From an uncultured Gaiellaceae bacterium (GTDB lineage: Bacteria; Actinomycetota; Thermoleophilia; Gaiellales; Gaiellaceae), in assembly GCA_963776555.1 (NCBI GenBank), contig CAVZNK010000011.1:9920-73919 (forward strand): a stretch of 64,000 nt of DNA, written 5' to 3'. A program made the translations under genes and the position numbers. The first letter of the stretch is position 1; each line of letters opens with the position of its first letter. The notes beneath the pieces were generated by a model. That model was not told the origin of the DNA and made no database searches. It saw nothing but the letters and a program-made list of their open reading frames with translations. Shown piece by piece: positions 1 through 9,243 of this stretch.

Positions 1-655
1 CCGACGCTCGCCCCGAGTTCGCCGCCGCCGTCGGCTCGCACCCGGCTGGGTGGGGAGTTTCGTGGGCCGACCTGGACCTCGACGGCGATCTCGACCTCGT
101 CCTGGCGAACGGCGCAATACCCGTCGTGAACCTCGCGAGGGACGCCCGACGCGTGCAGATCCTCGAGAACGTGTCGGGGCCGGGCAAGGAGCCGCGCTTC
201 GCGTCCGTCAAGGCGCCGTGGCTCGCGCGGACGCCCGCCGTGAACGGGCGCGGCCTCGCAGTGGCCGACTTCGACAACGACGGCGATCCCGACATCGCGA
301 TCAACTCGATCGGCGGCAGGCTCATCCTGCTCCGGAACGACGCGCCGAAGCGCCATTGGCTCGAGGTTCGCCTCCGTACGTTCGCGCCGGGAGCGGTCGT
401 GACGGCGAGGCTCGGCGATGGCCGGAAGCTCGTCCGCGAGGTGCAGGCGGGCTCGAGCTACCTCTCGTCCGAGGATCCGAGAGTGCACTTCGGCCTCGGG
501 AACGTGAAGCGCGGTCGCGGGAACTCCGAGTCCGATTCCCCGACGGTCGCGAGGTCGTCCGCACAAACGTTGCGGTCGACCGGATCGTCGACTGGGCTAG
601 CTCGGCTAGCGGCCCGAGCGTTCCTGCAGTCGCCGGGCGACCGAGTCGAGCGTGA
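1..655 (+). pseudogene. FG-GAP/VCBS + ASPIC/UnbV (CRTAC1-like) protein, C-terminal part; 5' end lies outside the window; apparent frameshift near 515-527
   Basis: Frame 3 is open from nt 3 and reads GWGVSWADLDLDGDLDLVLANG, DFDNDGDPDIAINS and SSYLSSEDPRVHFGLG. The family-typical tail ELRVRFPDGREVVRTNVAVDRIVD continues in frame 2. Confidence 0.6.
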
Positions 656-1903
656 CGGCGAGCAGCAGGATGACGCCCGTGACGATGTAGATCGCGCCCG
701 TCGAGTAGCCGCCGATGTTCAGGCCGTTCGCGACCGTCGCGATGACGAGCGAGCCGAGGAGCGCTCCGCGGACCTCGCCGCGTCCGCCGAACAGGCTCGA
801 CGCCGCCGATGACGGCGGCCGAGATCGAGTCGAGGAGCAGCGTCCCGCCGCCCTGCTGCAGGTTCACCGACTGGAGCCGCGCGGCGAGGACGATCCCGCC
901 GACGCCGGCCATGATCCCCGAGATCATGAAGACGAGGATGCGGATGCGCGCGACGTTGATGCCCGAGCGACGGGCGGCCTCCGCGTTGCCGCCGACGGCA
1001 TAGACGTGGCGACCGAACGTCGTGCGCTTCGCGAGGAACGTCAGCCCGACGAGGAAGATCAGCATGAGCAGTGCCGCGAGCGGAAGACCGATCGGCTGCG
1101 TGCAGTTCACCGTGAGCGGCGTGCCCGGGGCACATGCCGCCGGCCTCGTCGCGTGGTTGCAGATCGCGACGGTGCCGAAGCAGGCGACGGCGACGCCGAC
1201 GAGCTTCGCGATCGGGATCCACGGGCTGAACGACAGCCCCGCACGTCGCTGACCTATGGCGGCGCCCAGCTCGACGAGGGCATATAAGCCCGTGATGATC
1301 AACGCTATGAGCCAGCCGACGTTCGCGGAGAAGTAGTACGTCGCCGCGTCGTTGATCCAGTTGGTCTCGATGATGATCACGCCTCGGAGCTCGAGGATCT
1401 TCAGGATCACTCCCTGCCAGATCAGGAGCCCCGCGAGGGTCACGACGAACGACGGCACGCCGACCTTCGCGACGATCGTTCCCTGCGCCGCGCCGATCAC
1501 CGCAACGACGGCGAGCCCGATCAGGATCGCGAGCCAGCCCGGGTAGTTGCGCCCGTCCGGCGAGCTGCATCTCGGCCGCGGTGACCGCAGCAATGCCGCT
1601 CAGGTAGCCGATCGAGAGGTCGATCTCGCCGAGGAGCAGCACGAAGACGACGCCGTACGCGATCATCGTCACCCCGGCCATCTGCAGGATGACGTTCACG
1701 AAGTTCCCGGCGGTGAAGAAGTTCGTCGCGGTGAAGCCGAAGTACGCGACGATCAGGACCTCGCCGAGGACGACCGGGAGCACGCCGAGGTTGCCGGACT
1801 TGATGTTGCCGAGAGTCCGCTGCCAGAGGCCCGTGCCCTCCTCGGCATCGTCTCCCCCGGGCAGCCCGATCCCCGGCGCGACGATCTCGGCGTCGGTGCT
1901 CAC
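606..1903 (-). pseudogene. Sugar (xylose/ribose-type) ABC transporter permease with two apparent frameshifts (about 800 and about 1562)
   Basis: N-terminal part (GNIKSGNLGVLPVVLGEVLIVAYFGFTATNFFTAGNF...IGYLSGIAAVTAAEMQL) is in the 719..2536 frame. The core (PDGRNYPGWLAILIGL...LLLDSISAAVIGG) is in the 322..1593 frame. The tail (SLFGGRGEVRGALLGSLVIATVANGLNIGGYSTGAIYIVTGVILLLAVTLDSVARRLQERSGR) is in the third frame. The GTG start overlaps the ATPase stop (GTGA). Confidence 0.8.
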
Positions 1904-2685
1904 GATACGACCTCCGGGGCGGTCTCCGCGATGCCCGACACCTTGGTCGGAATTCCGGCGGTGATCGCCTGGACGACCTCCTGCTGCGTGGTCGTCGCGC
2001 GCTCGTAGATACCGACGTTGCGGCCGAGACGCAGGACGGTGATCCGGGTCGCGGTCTCGAAGATGTCGTGCAGGTTGTGCGAGATGAGGACGACGGCGAG
2101 CCCCTGCTCGGCCAGACGCCGGACGAGCTCGAGCACCTGCTCGGTCTGAGCGACTCCGAGCGCGGCTGTGGGCTCGTCGAGGATGACGAGCTTCGAGTTC
2201 CACATCACCGCTCGCGCCACTGCGACCGACTGGCGCTGTCCGCCCGAGAGCGTCGCGACCGTCTGACGGATGGACTTGATCGTGGTGACGCGAAGGCCCT
2301 TGAGCGTCTCCGCCGAACGCTGCTCCATCGCCGGCTCCTTGAGCCGGAAGAGGAAGTCCCGGATCTCGCGCCCCAGGTACATGTTCTGCACGACGTCCAG
2401 GTTGTCGCAGAGCGCGAGATCCTGGTAGACGACCTCGATCCCGAGCTTTGCCGCGTCTATCGGACCGTGGATGTGGACTTCCTCGCCACCGAACAAGATC
2501 TCGCCCGAGTCGTAGCCGTGGATCCCGGCGATGCACTTGATGAGCGTCGACTTGCCGGCGCCGTTGTCCCCGACGAGCGCCATGACCTCGCCGGAGCGCA
2601 CCTCGAAGTCGACGTCCGTCAGGGCCTGCACGGACCCGAACGTCTTCGAGAGGTCGCGGATCTCGAGGAGTGGTGTATCGCTCAC
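1900..2685 (-). CDS. Sugar ABC transporter ATP-binding protein (single ABC domain)
   Basis: Intact 261-aa ORF. Walker A GDNGAGKST, signature LSGGQRQ, Walker B LVILDEPTAAL. Confidence 0.9.
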   Translation of the reverse strand: MSDTPLLEIRDLSKTFGSVQALTDVDFEVRSGEVMALVGDNGAGKSTLIKCIAGIHGYDSGEILFGGEEVHIHGPIDAAKLGIEVVYQDLALCDNLDVVQNMYLGREIRDFLFRLKEPAMEQRSAETLKGLRVTTIKSIRQTVATLSGGQRQSVAVARAVMWNSKLVILDEPTAALGVAQTEQVLELVRRLAEQGLAVVLISHNLHDIFETATRITVLRLGRNVGIYERATTTQQEVVQAITAGIPTKVSGIAETAPEVVS

Positions 2686-2757
2686 GAGTGGCAGGCTCCT
2701 ACGAAGAGAGACGGTGGAGGCGCGCGGAGCACGCCTCCACCCGTCGCAGTTACACGA

Positions 2758-3822
2758 CTACTTGCAGTACTGCTTGAACTCCCCGGAGCACACCTCGCTC
2801 CGCTTGAGGAAGCCGTCCCGGAAGAGCCGCGTGTAGTTCGCCTTGGTGATCGACGTCACCGGGATGAAGTACGCCGGCTTGCCATGGCTCTTTCCATTGA
2901 CCCTCGGCTTCGCCCCCTTGTACAGGGCAACCGCCGCCGCTGCGGCCGCGTTGGCCTCGTCGGGCACGTACTTGTAGACGGTGTTGGTCTGCCAGCCCGA
3001 GATGATGTTCTGGACACCCTGGACCGTCGCGTCCTGCCCCGAGAGCGGGATCGGCTTGAGGCCCTTCGCCTTCAGCGTCGCGACCACGGCGCCCGCGATG
3101 CCGTCGTTCGCGGCGACGACGCCGTCGATCTTGTTGCTGGTCTGGACGAGCATCTGCTCGAAGATCGTCTGTGCCTTGCCCGCGTCCCAGAGCGGCACGA
3201 ACTTCGCCGGGCCCCTCTTGATCTTCTTCGCCTTGAAGAGCGGGTTCAGGACATCGTCGTTTCCGCTCTTGAACAGGAACGCATTCGCGTCCGTCGGGCC
3301 GCCCCAGAGCTCCGCGACCACACCGTTCGGGCCGTACGTCCCCTTCGCCTTCATGCCGGCGAGAACGCCGCGCGCCTGCAGGCGACCCGACGAGGTTGCC
3401 GTCGAACGTGACGTAGACCGAGCCGGTGCCGCCGATGATCTGACGGTCGTAGTCGATCGTCTTGCCACCCACGGCCCTGAACTTCTTCTGGATGGAGATC
3501 GACGTGCCTCTGTCGATATCGGTGATGATCCCGACCTTCGCGCCATGCCGAGATGCACTGCTCGGCCTGCGCGAGCATGCTTCTGCGGCTGACCGAGCGC
3601 GTTCACGATGGTCGCGGCAGGCCTGCCTTCTTGAACGCGTTCTTGAACGCCGGTGCGTCGAACTGCTGCCAGCGCACGGACGTCGTCGTGTCCGGCAGGA
3701 GAACGCATACCTGCGTCGCCGACCGGGCGCGCAACGGCACCGCTCGCGGCGACCGCGACGGCGACTGCGGCCGCGGCAACTCCGACGAGGAGCGTCGCTG
3801 ACCTACGAGAAACTGCCTTCAC
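2758..3822 (-). pseudogene. Sugar (xylose-type) ABC substrate-binding protein; about 5 compensating frame switches in the N-terminal half
   Basis: Signal peptide (MKAVSRRSATLLVGVAAAAVAVAVAASGAVA) and C-terminal 210 aa are in one frame. VCVLLPDTTTSVRWQQFDAPAFKNAFKKAGL, MLAQAEQCIS and AKVGIITDIDRGTSISIQKKFRAVGGKTIDYDRQIIGGTGSVYVTFDGNLVGS lie in the other two frames. AGGAGG sits upstream of the GTG at 3822. Confidence 0.75.
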
Positions 3823-3859
3823 TGCAAATCCTCCTTGACGAGGGGATGCCTGCGGGGAG

Positions 3860-3887
3860 ACTCTAGTACGAATCGGGCACGGGTCAA
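3860..3887 (-). promoter_or_regulatory. Candidate housekeeping-sigma promoter for the sugar ABC operon
   Basis: Minus strand reads TTGACC-N16-TAGAGT. It ends about 38 nt upstream of the GTG at 3822, directly after the stop of the upstream gene. Confidence 0.3.
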
Positions 3888-3891
3888 TGCG

Positions 3892-5010
3892 TTACGGCGT
3901 CCGATATTCGACCGATTCACGTCGCCCGGATTGGCCGGAGCGCACGATCGCGTCGCACACCTCGGCCGCCCGGTAGCCGTCCTCGAAGGTCGCGCCGTGC
4001 GGCGCGACCTTCGAGTCGTCGGCGATCGCGGTCAGGAAGTGATGGAGCTCGTGGACGAACGTGTCGCCCCAGCCGATGATGTGGCCGGGCGGCCACCAGT
4101 GCTCCCAGAACGGATGGCTGGCCTCCGAGACGAGGACGTTGATGAAGCCGCGTGTGCGCGCGTCGCCGGTCTTGAAGACCTGCAGCTCGTTCAGGCGCTC
4201 CATGTCGAAGGCGAGCGATCCCTTCGTGCCGTTGATCTCCCACTGGAACGCGTTGCGCCGCCCGAGCGCCAGCCGCGTCGCCTCGAGCGTGCCGACAGCG
4301 CCGTTCGCGAAGCGAACCGTCGCCTCCACGGCATCGTCGACGTCGCGGTTCGCGACGAAAGTGCTGAGAAAGCCGCCTACCTCGTCGATCTCGCCGACGA
4401 GGTAGCGCGCGAGGTCGACGACGTGCGCGGCGAGGTCGCCGAGCGCTCCAGACCCGGCCTCGGCGCGGTCGAACCGCCACACCTGCGCGTCCGTGTCGCC
4501 CCAGTCCTGCAGGTAGCGGCCGCGGAAGTGGCGGATATCGCCGATCTCGCCGGCGTCGATCAGCTCCCGTGCGAGCCTGACGGCGGGGACGAAGCGGTAG
4601 TTGAACGCGCACATGTGCTTGACGCCGGTCGCCGCCACGCGCTGCCAGATCTCGTAGCTCTCGTCGGCGTCCCGCCCGAGCGGCTTCTCGCACACCACGT
4701 GCTTGCCGGCCTCGGCAGCGAGGATCGTCGGCTCGGCGTGGAGCGAGTTCGGGCCGAGGTTGTCGAAGAGCTCGATCTCGGGATCCGCGATCACCTCCCG
4801 CCACGACGTCGTCCAGCGCTCGAAGCCGTAACGGTCGGCAGCCTCGCTCACCGCCTCCTCGTCGCGTCCGGCAATGGACACGAGGCGAGGCCGCAGAGGC
4901 GGCGGCCACGTCATGTAGGCGATCTTGCGGAAGCCGTTCGAGTGCGCCTTCCCCATGAAGGCGTACCCGAGCATCCCGACACCGATCTCGCGAATCCCCT
5001 CCGACCCCAC
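3892..5010 (-). CDS. Gfo/Idh/MocA family NAD(P)-dependent oxidoreductase
   Basis: IGVGMLGYAFMGKAHS Rossmann N-terminus and the EKPL motif (GKHVVCEKPLG). The ORF is open to 5148, but the GTG at 5010 is preceded by GAAGGAGGG. Confidence 0.85.
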   Translation of the reverse strand: MGSEGIREIGVGMLGYAFMGKAHSNGFRKIAYMTWPPPLRPRLVSIAGRDEEAVSEAADRYGFERWTTSWREVIADPEIELFDNLGPNSLHAEPTILAAEAGKHVVCEKPLGRDADESYEIWQRVAATGVKHMCAFNYRFVPAVRLARELIDAGEIGDIRHFRGRYLQDWGDTDAQVWRFDRAEAGSGALGDLAAHVVDLARYLVGEIDEVGGFLSTFVANRDVDDAVEATVRFANGAVGTLEATRLALGRRNAFQWEINGTKGSLAFDMERLNELQVFKTGDARTRGFINVLVSEASHPFWEHWWPPGHIIGWGDTFVHELHHFLTAIADDSKVAPHGATFEDGYRAAEVCDAIVRSGQSGRRESVEYRTP

Positions 5011-5102
5011 GCGTCCCTCCTTCGTCGTCTCGGCCGCTCTTTGGTGCGAGATACTAGGCCGCTCCAGGAGACGATACGACGCCACGACCGGAGGAGAGCC
5101 GC

Positions 5103-6104
5103 ATGAAGACCTCGCTCGGAATCTGGGCCCTCGGGCCGATGGTGACACGCTTCGTGCCGGGCGGCTATCAGCCGCAGCACATCGGAGAGTCGACGGCCCT
5201 GAAGGTGTCCCGCGCGGTCGCCGGCCTCGGCGACCTCATGGACGACTACGAGTTCCACTACCCCCAGGAGCTCGACGAGGAGAACCTCGAGGAGGTCACG
5301 GCGGCCCTCGACGGCCACGGCATCTACGCGATCGCCACGGGGACGCATCTGAACCCGCTCTTCGGAAAGGGTGGTCTCTCGTCGCCGGACGACTCGGTGC
5401 GCGACGCCGCGCTCGCCGAGGCGCTGCGAACGGCCGAATTCGCCGCTTCCGTCGGCGCGCAGATGATCCTCTGGCCCGGCGTCGAGGGCTACAACTACCC
5501 CTTCCAGACGCCCTACCCCGAATCGTGGGCGAGGTTCATCGACGGCGTCGGCGAGGTCGCGTCGCGCTGTCAGGAACACGGGATCGCGCTCTTCCTCGAG
5601 CACAAGAACTCCGAGCCCGCGATGAAGATCTTCATGCGGAACATCGGGATGACGCTGCACGTCATCCACACGCTCCGGGCCCGCGGGATCACGAGCGTGA
5701 AGGTCAACATGGACTGGCAGCACCTGCTCATGAACGGTGAGTCCCTGGCCGAGTACGCGGCGCTGCTCGCAGCCGAGGGATTGCTCGGGCACCAGCATGC
5801 GAACTCGGGCTGGGGCACGTTCGACGACGACAACATGGTCGGCGCGACGGCATTCATGGAGACGCTCGAGCTGGCGGTGGAGCTCCGGCGTGCCGGATAC
5901 GGAGACAACGGCGAGAGACTCGGATTCGACCTCTACCCGTACACCGAGGATGCGGTCGAAGCCGTGCGCCGGAGCGTCCTGCAGTGGCGCTTCATCGACT
6001 CTGTCGCCGCGCGGATCGACGACGTGGCGCTGCGCGAGGCGCAGGCGCGCAAGGACGCGGTCCGCGCGTATGAGCTCGTGTACGCGGCACTCGGCGCCGA
6101 GTGA
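5103..6104 (+). CDS. Xylose-isomerase-like TIM-barrel sugar isomerase/epimerase family protein
   Basis: Intact 333-aa ORF with GGAGGAG upstream. FLEHKNSEPAMK and VNMDWQHLLMNGE...GHQHANSGWGTFDDDNMVG resemble metal-site blocks of the XI-like fold. Confidence 0.8.
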   Translation: MKTSLGIWALGPMVTRFVPGGYQPQHIGESTALKVSRAVAGLGDLMDDYEFHYPQELDEENLEEVTAALDGHGIYAIATGTHLNPLFGKGGLSSPDDSVRDAALAEALRTAEFAASVGAQMILWPGVEGYNYPFQTPYPESWARFIDGVGEVASRCQEHGIALFLEHKNSEPAMKIFMRNIGMTLHVIHTLRARGITSVKVNMDWQHLLMNGESLAEYAALLAAEGLLGHQHANSGWGTFDDDNMVGATAFMETLELAVELRRAGYGDNGERLGFDLYPYTEDAVEAVRRSVLQWRFIDSVAARIDDVALREAQARKDAVRAYELVYAALGAE

Positions 6105-7511
6105 CGAACTACCACGCTCGTCGGGCTCGACGTCGGGACGACCGGCGTCAAGGCGCTCGCGGTCACGCCGGAAGGCGAGGTGCTCGCGTCCGCCGAGGAG
6201 AAGTACCCCCTGTCGACTCCGCAGCCCGGCTGGGCCGAGCAGGACCCGGAGGACTGGTGGCGAGCGAGCCAGGCGGCGCTCGCCCGTCTCGGCGCGGACG
6301 GGGCACGCGTCGGGCTGTCCGGCCAGATGCACGGGCTCGTCTGCCTCGACGACGAGGGCAGGGTCCTGCGGCCCGCGATCCTCTGGAACGACCAGCGCAC
6401 GGCGGCCGAATGCGCCGAGATCGAGGACCGGGTAGGCCTCGAGCGCCTGATCGCGCTCACCGGCAACCGGGCGCTGACCGGCTTCACGGCGCCGAAGCTC
6501 CTCTGGCTACGACACCACGAGCCGGACGTCTATGAGCGGATCCGACGGATCGTGCTGCCGAAGGACTACGTCCGCTACCGCCTCACCGGCGAATGGGCGA
6601 TCGACGCGGCGGACGCGTCGGGGACGCTGCTGTTCGACGTCGCGAACAGACGCTGGAGCGACGAGGTGCTGCGCGTCCTCCAGATCCCCGCGGAGTGGCT
6701 TCCGCCCGTGAGCGAGTCGACGGAGATCGCCGGCGCGGGCGACCAGCAGGCCGCGGCCCTCGGAGTCGGGGCCATCGAGCCTGGAACGCTCTCGGTCGTG
6801 CTCGGGACGTCGGGTGTCGTGCTCGCCGCGCTTCCGGCGTACGCCCACGACGCGGGCGCGCGCGTGCACGCCTTCTGTCACGCCATTCCGGACACGTGGG
6901 AGGCGATGGGCGTGATGCTCAACGCCGCCGGAGCGCTCCGCTGGTTCCACGACGTCGTCGCCCCCGGCGTGTCGTACGACGAGCTCACCGCTGAGGCCGA
7001 ACGCTGCGAAGCGGGCGCGGAGGGCGCGCTCTTCCTCCCGTACCTGCAAGGCGAGCGCACTCCCCACTCCGACCCGGAGGCGCGCGCGGTCTTCTCGGGC
7101 CTCTCGCTGCGCCACGACCGCGGCTCGCTCGTCCGGGCCGTGCTCGAGGGGGTCGCATTCGGGCTGCGCGACTCGCTCGAGCTCCTGCGCGAGCTCGGCG
7201 TCGAGCCCGCCCGCGGACGGGCGTCCGGCGGCGGCGCACGCAGCCGCCTCTGGCTGGAGATCGTCGCATCCGTCCTCGACCTCCCGCTCGAGCGCTGCAC
7301 GCTCGACGAGGGCTCGGCGTTCGGAGCGGCGCTGCTCGCAGGTGTCGCCAACGGCACGTTCGCGAGCGCACAGGAGGCGGTCGCAGCATGCATCCGGATT
7401 CGCGAGACGGTCGAGCCGAACCCCGACTGGGCCCGGCGCTACGTCGACGGATACGCTCGCTACCGCGCGTTGTACCCGGCCATCCGAGGACTGGAGGAGC
7501 ATGAAGCTTGA
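6101..7511 (+). CDS. xylB: Xylulokinase (FGGY family) with an apparent 1-nt frameshift at about 6113-6118 in the first codons
   Basis: The GTG at 6101 overlaps the upstream stop (GTGA) and reads VTNYH. The phosphate-1 motif LVGLDVGTTGVKALAV follows in the neighbouring frame with no start codon of its own. The rest is a typical XylB (GQMHGLV, ILWNDQR, GGGARS). Confidence 0.85.
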
Positions 7512-7757
7512 GGGGAAGGTGGCTTCGTCACGGGCGCCAGTCGCGGGATCGGAGCCGCCGTCGCCCGCGCGCTCTCGAGCGAGCGCGTCGCAGTCGGGCT
7601 CGCGTCGCGGGCTACGGCCGGACCCCCGATGCGCTGGCACGGGATGATGTCCGCGGACGACGTGGCCGAGGTCGTCTCGTTCTGCCTCACGCGCCCACGC
7701 GGCCATCGGATCCTCGAGACGGCTCTGCGCCCGGTCACGGAGCCGTCATGGGGTTAG
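7501..7757 (+). pseudogene. Short-chain dehydrogenase remnant (internal deletion plus frameshift)
   Basis: MKLEGKVA then, one frame over, VTGASRGIGAAVARALSSERVAVGLASR. This runs directly into a C-terminal-type segment, SADDVAEVVSFCLTRPRGHRILETALRPVTEPSWG. Total is about 85 codons against about 240 for an SDR, and the catalytic YxxxK region is absent. Confidence 0.6.
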
Positions 7758-7764
7758 CGGTCTG

Positions 7765-8730
7765 ATGCGCCTCGGCATCGTCTCGACCGCCGACATCAAC
7801 CGGAAGGTGATCCCGGGCGCGCACGCGTCGGACAAGATCGAGCTCGTGGCCGTCGCCAGCCGCGAGCAGCGGCGCGCCGAGGAGTACGCGAAGACCTGGG
7901 AGATCCCGCGCGCGTACGGCTCGTACGAGTCGCTCCTCGAGGATCCGGATGTGGACGCCGTCTACATCTCGCTCCCCAACACGATGCATCGCGAATGGTC
8001 GATCCGATCGCTCGAGGCCGGCAAGCACGTGATCTGCGAGAAGCCCTTCAGCCGCCGACCCGCGGACGTCGAGGAGGCCTTCGACGCGGCGGAGCGCTCG
8101 GGCCGGCTGCTGACGGAGGCGTTCATGTACCGCCACAACCCGCAGACGGCGCGCCTCGTGGAGCTCATCCGCGGAGGTGCGATCGGCGAGCTGCGGCTCG
8201 TCCGCTCGGCGTTCAGCTATGCGTTGTACGACGCCGACAACATCCGGCTGCGCACGGACGTCGAGGGTGGCAGCCTCATGGACGTCGGCTGCTATTGCGT
8301 CAGCGGCTCGCGCCTCCTCGCCGGCGAGCCGGAGAGCGTCCACGGGCAGGCCTACGTCGGCCCGACCGGCACCGACTGGGTCTTCACCGGCACGATGAGG
8401 TTCCCCGGCGACGTCCTCGCGCTGTTCGACTGCGGGACGAGCCTCGCGGACCGCGACGAGCTCGAGGCGATCGGCAGCGAGGGGTCGTTGTTCCTGGACG
8501 ACCCATGGCACTGCAAGCAGCCGGTGATCGAGATCCGGCGCGCCGACGGGGTCGAGCGCGTCGAGCTCGACCCCGTTGACTCGTACCGGCTCGAGCTCGA
8601 GAACCTCGCCGATGCCGCCGCCGGGGAGGCACCGTTGCGGCTCGGGCGCGAGGACGCGCTCGGCCAGGCGCGGACGATCGACGCGCTCTTCCGCTCCGCG
8701 GAGTCCGGGGCGTCGGTCTCGCCTACGTAA
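7765..8730 (+). CDS. Gfo/Idh/MocA family oxidoreductase (sugar or dihydrodiol dehydrogenase-like)
   Basis: Intact 321-aa ORF. MRLGIVSTADINRK Rossmann start and GKHVICEKPF motif. Confidence 0.85.
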   Translation: MRLGIVSTADINRKVIPGAHASDKIELVAVASREQRRAEEYAKTWEIPRAYGSYESLLEDPDVDAVYISLPNTMHREWSIRSLEAGKHVICEKPFSRRPADVEEAFDAAERSGRLLTEAFMYRHNPQTARLVELIRGGAIGELRLVRSAFSYALYDADNIRLRTDVEGGSLMDVGCYCVSGSRLLAGEPESVHGQAYVGPTGTDWVFTGTMRFPGDVLALFDCGTSLADRDELEAIGSEGSLFLDDPWHCKQPVIEIRRADGVERVELDPVDSYRLELENLADAAAGEAPLRLGREDALGQARTIDALFRSAESGASVSPT

Positions 8731-9139
8731 CCTGGAAGTCCCCGTTCATCTGGCTGGAGTGGGGATCGCACTGGAAGTGGTAGGAGCCCGCTTCGAACGT
8801 CACCGTCCACGTCGTCATCCCGGTCGTGCCGACATCGGTCATCTCGTCCACGCCAGGGCCGGTGAGGTGAAAGTTGTGGATATCGGACTGATCGTCGACC
8901 TGGATGGTGTAGGTGCCCGCCGCGAGCGTGGTCACGTCCTTGCCGTCGGCCCCCTTCAGGCTGATGTCGAACCCGGGCCCGACGGACGCGTCGAGCGTGG
9001 TGCCGGACGCAGTGGTTGTCTCCGTCGTCGTCTGGGTCTCCGTCGTGCCGGACGCCTGGTCGCTGCCGCCGCCACAGCCCGCGAGCGCGAGCACGACGAC
9101 TGCGAGGCCGCTGACGAAGACGATGTGCCTGCGAGTCAT
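8723..9139 (-). CDS. Cupredoxin-like lipoprotein
   Basis: Lipobox LALAGCGG, a Thr-rich linker, then IHNFHLTGPGVD...YHFQCDPHSSQMNGDFQV. AGGAGG lies 5 nt upstream of the ATG at 9139. Confidence 0.7.
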   Translation of the reverse strand: MTRRHIVFVSGLAVVVLALAGCGGGSDQASGTTETQTTTETTTASGTTLDASVGPGFDISLKGADGKDVTTLAAGTYTIQVDDQSDIHNFHLTGPGVDEMTDVGTTGMTTWTVTFEAGSYHFQCDPHSSQMNGDFQVT

Positions 9140-9243
9140 CCCGTCCTCCTTCGATTTACGTCCACGACGATACGTGCCTCGCGCGCTTTCGGTTCGGTCG
9201 TAGCCGCATCGCGTTGCCTGCCGAGCCCGTAAAGTCACAGGCC

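Noticed and set aside
719-2536. Very long ORFs antisense to or out of frame with recognisable genes (for example 719..2536, 4911..6332, 9235..10374, 10374..13118, 22252..23184, 23984..25669, 44280..45422, 49444..51135, 54144..55847)
   Set aside because: Their translations are Arg/Pro/Gly/Ala-rich with no motifs, and each overlaps a gene with clear family signatures. These are the usual stop-poor shadow frames of high-GC DNA.
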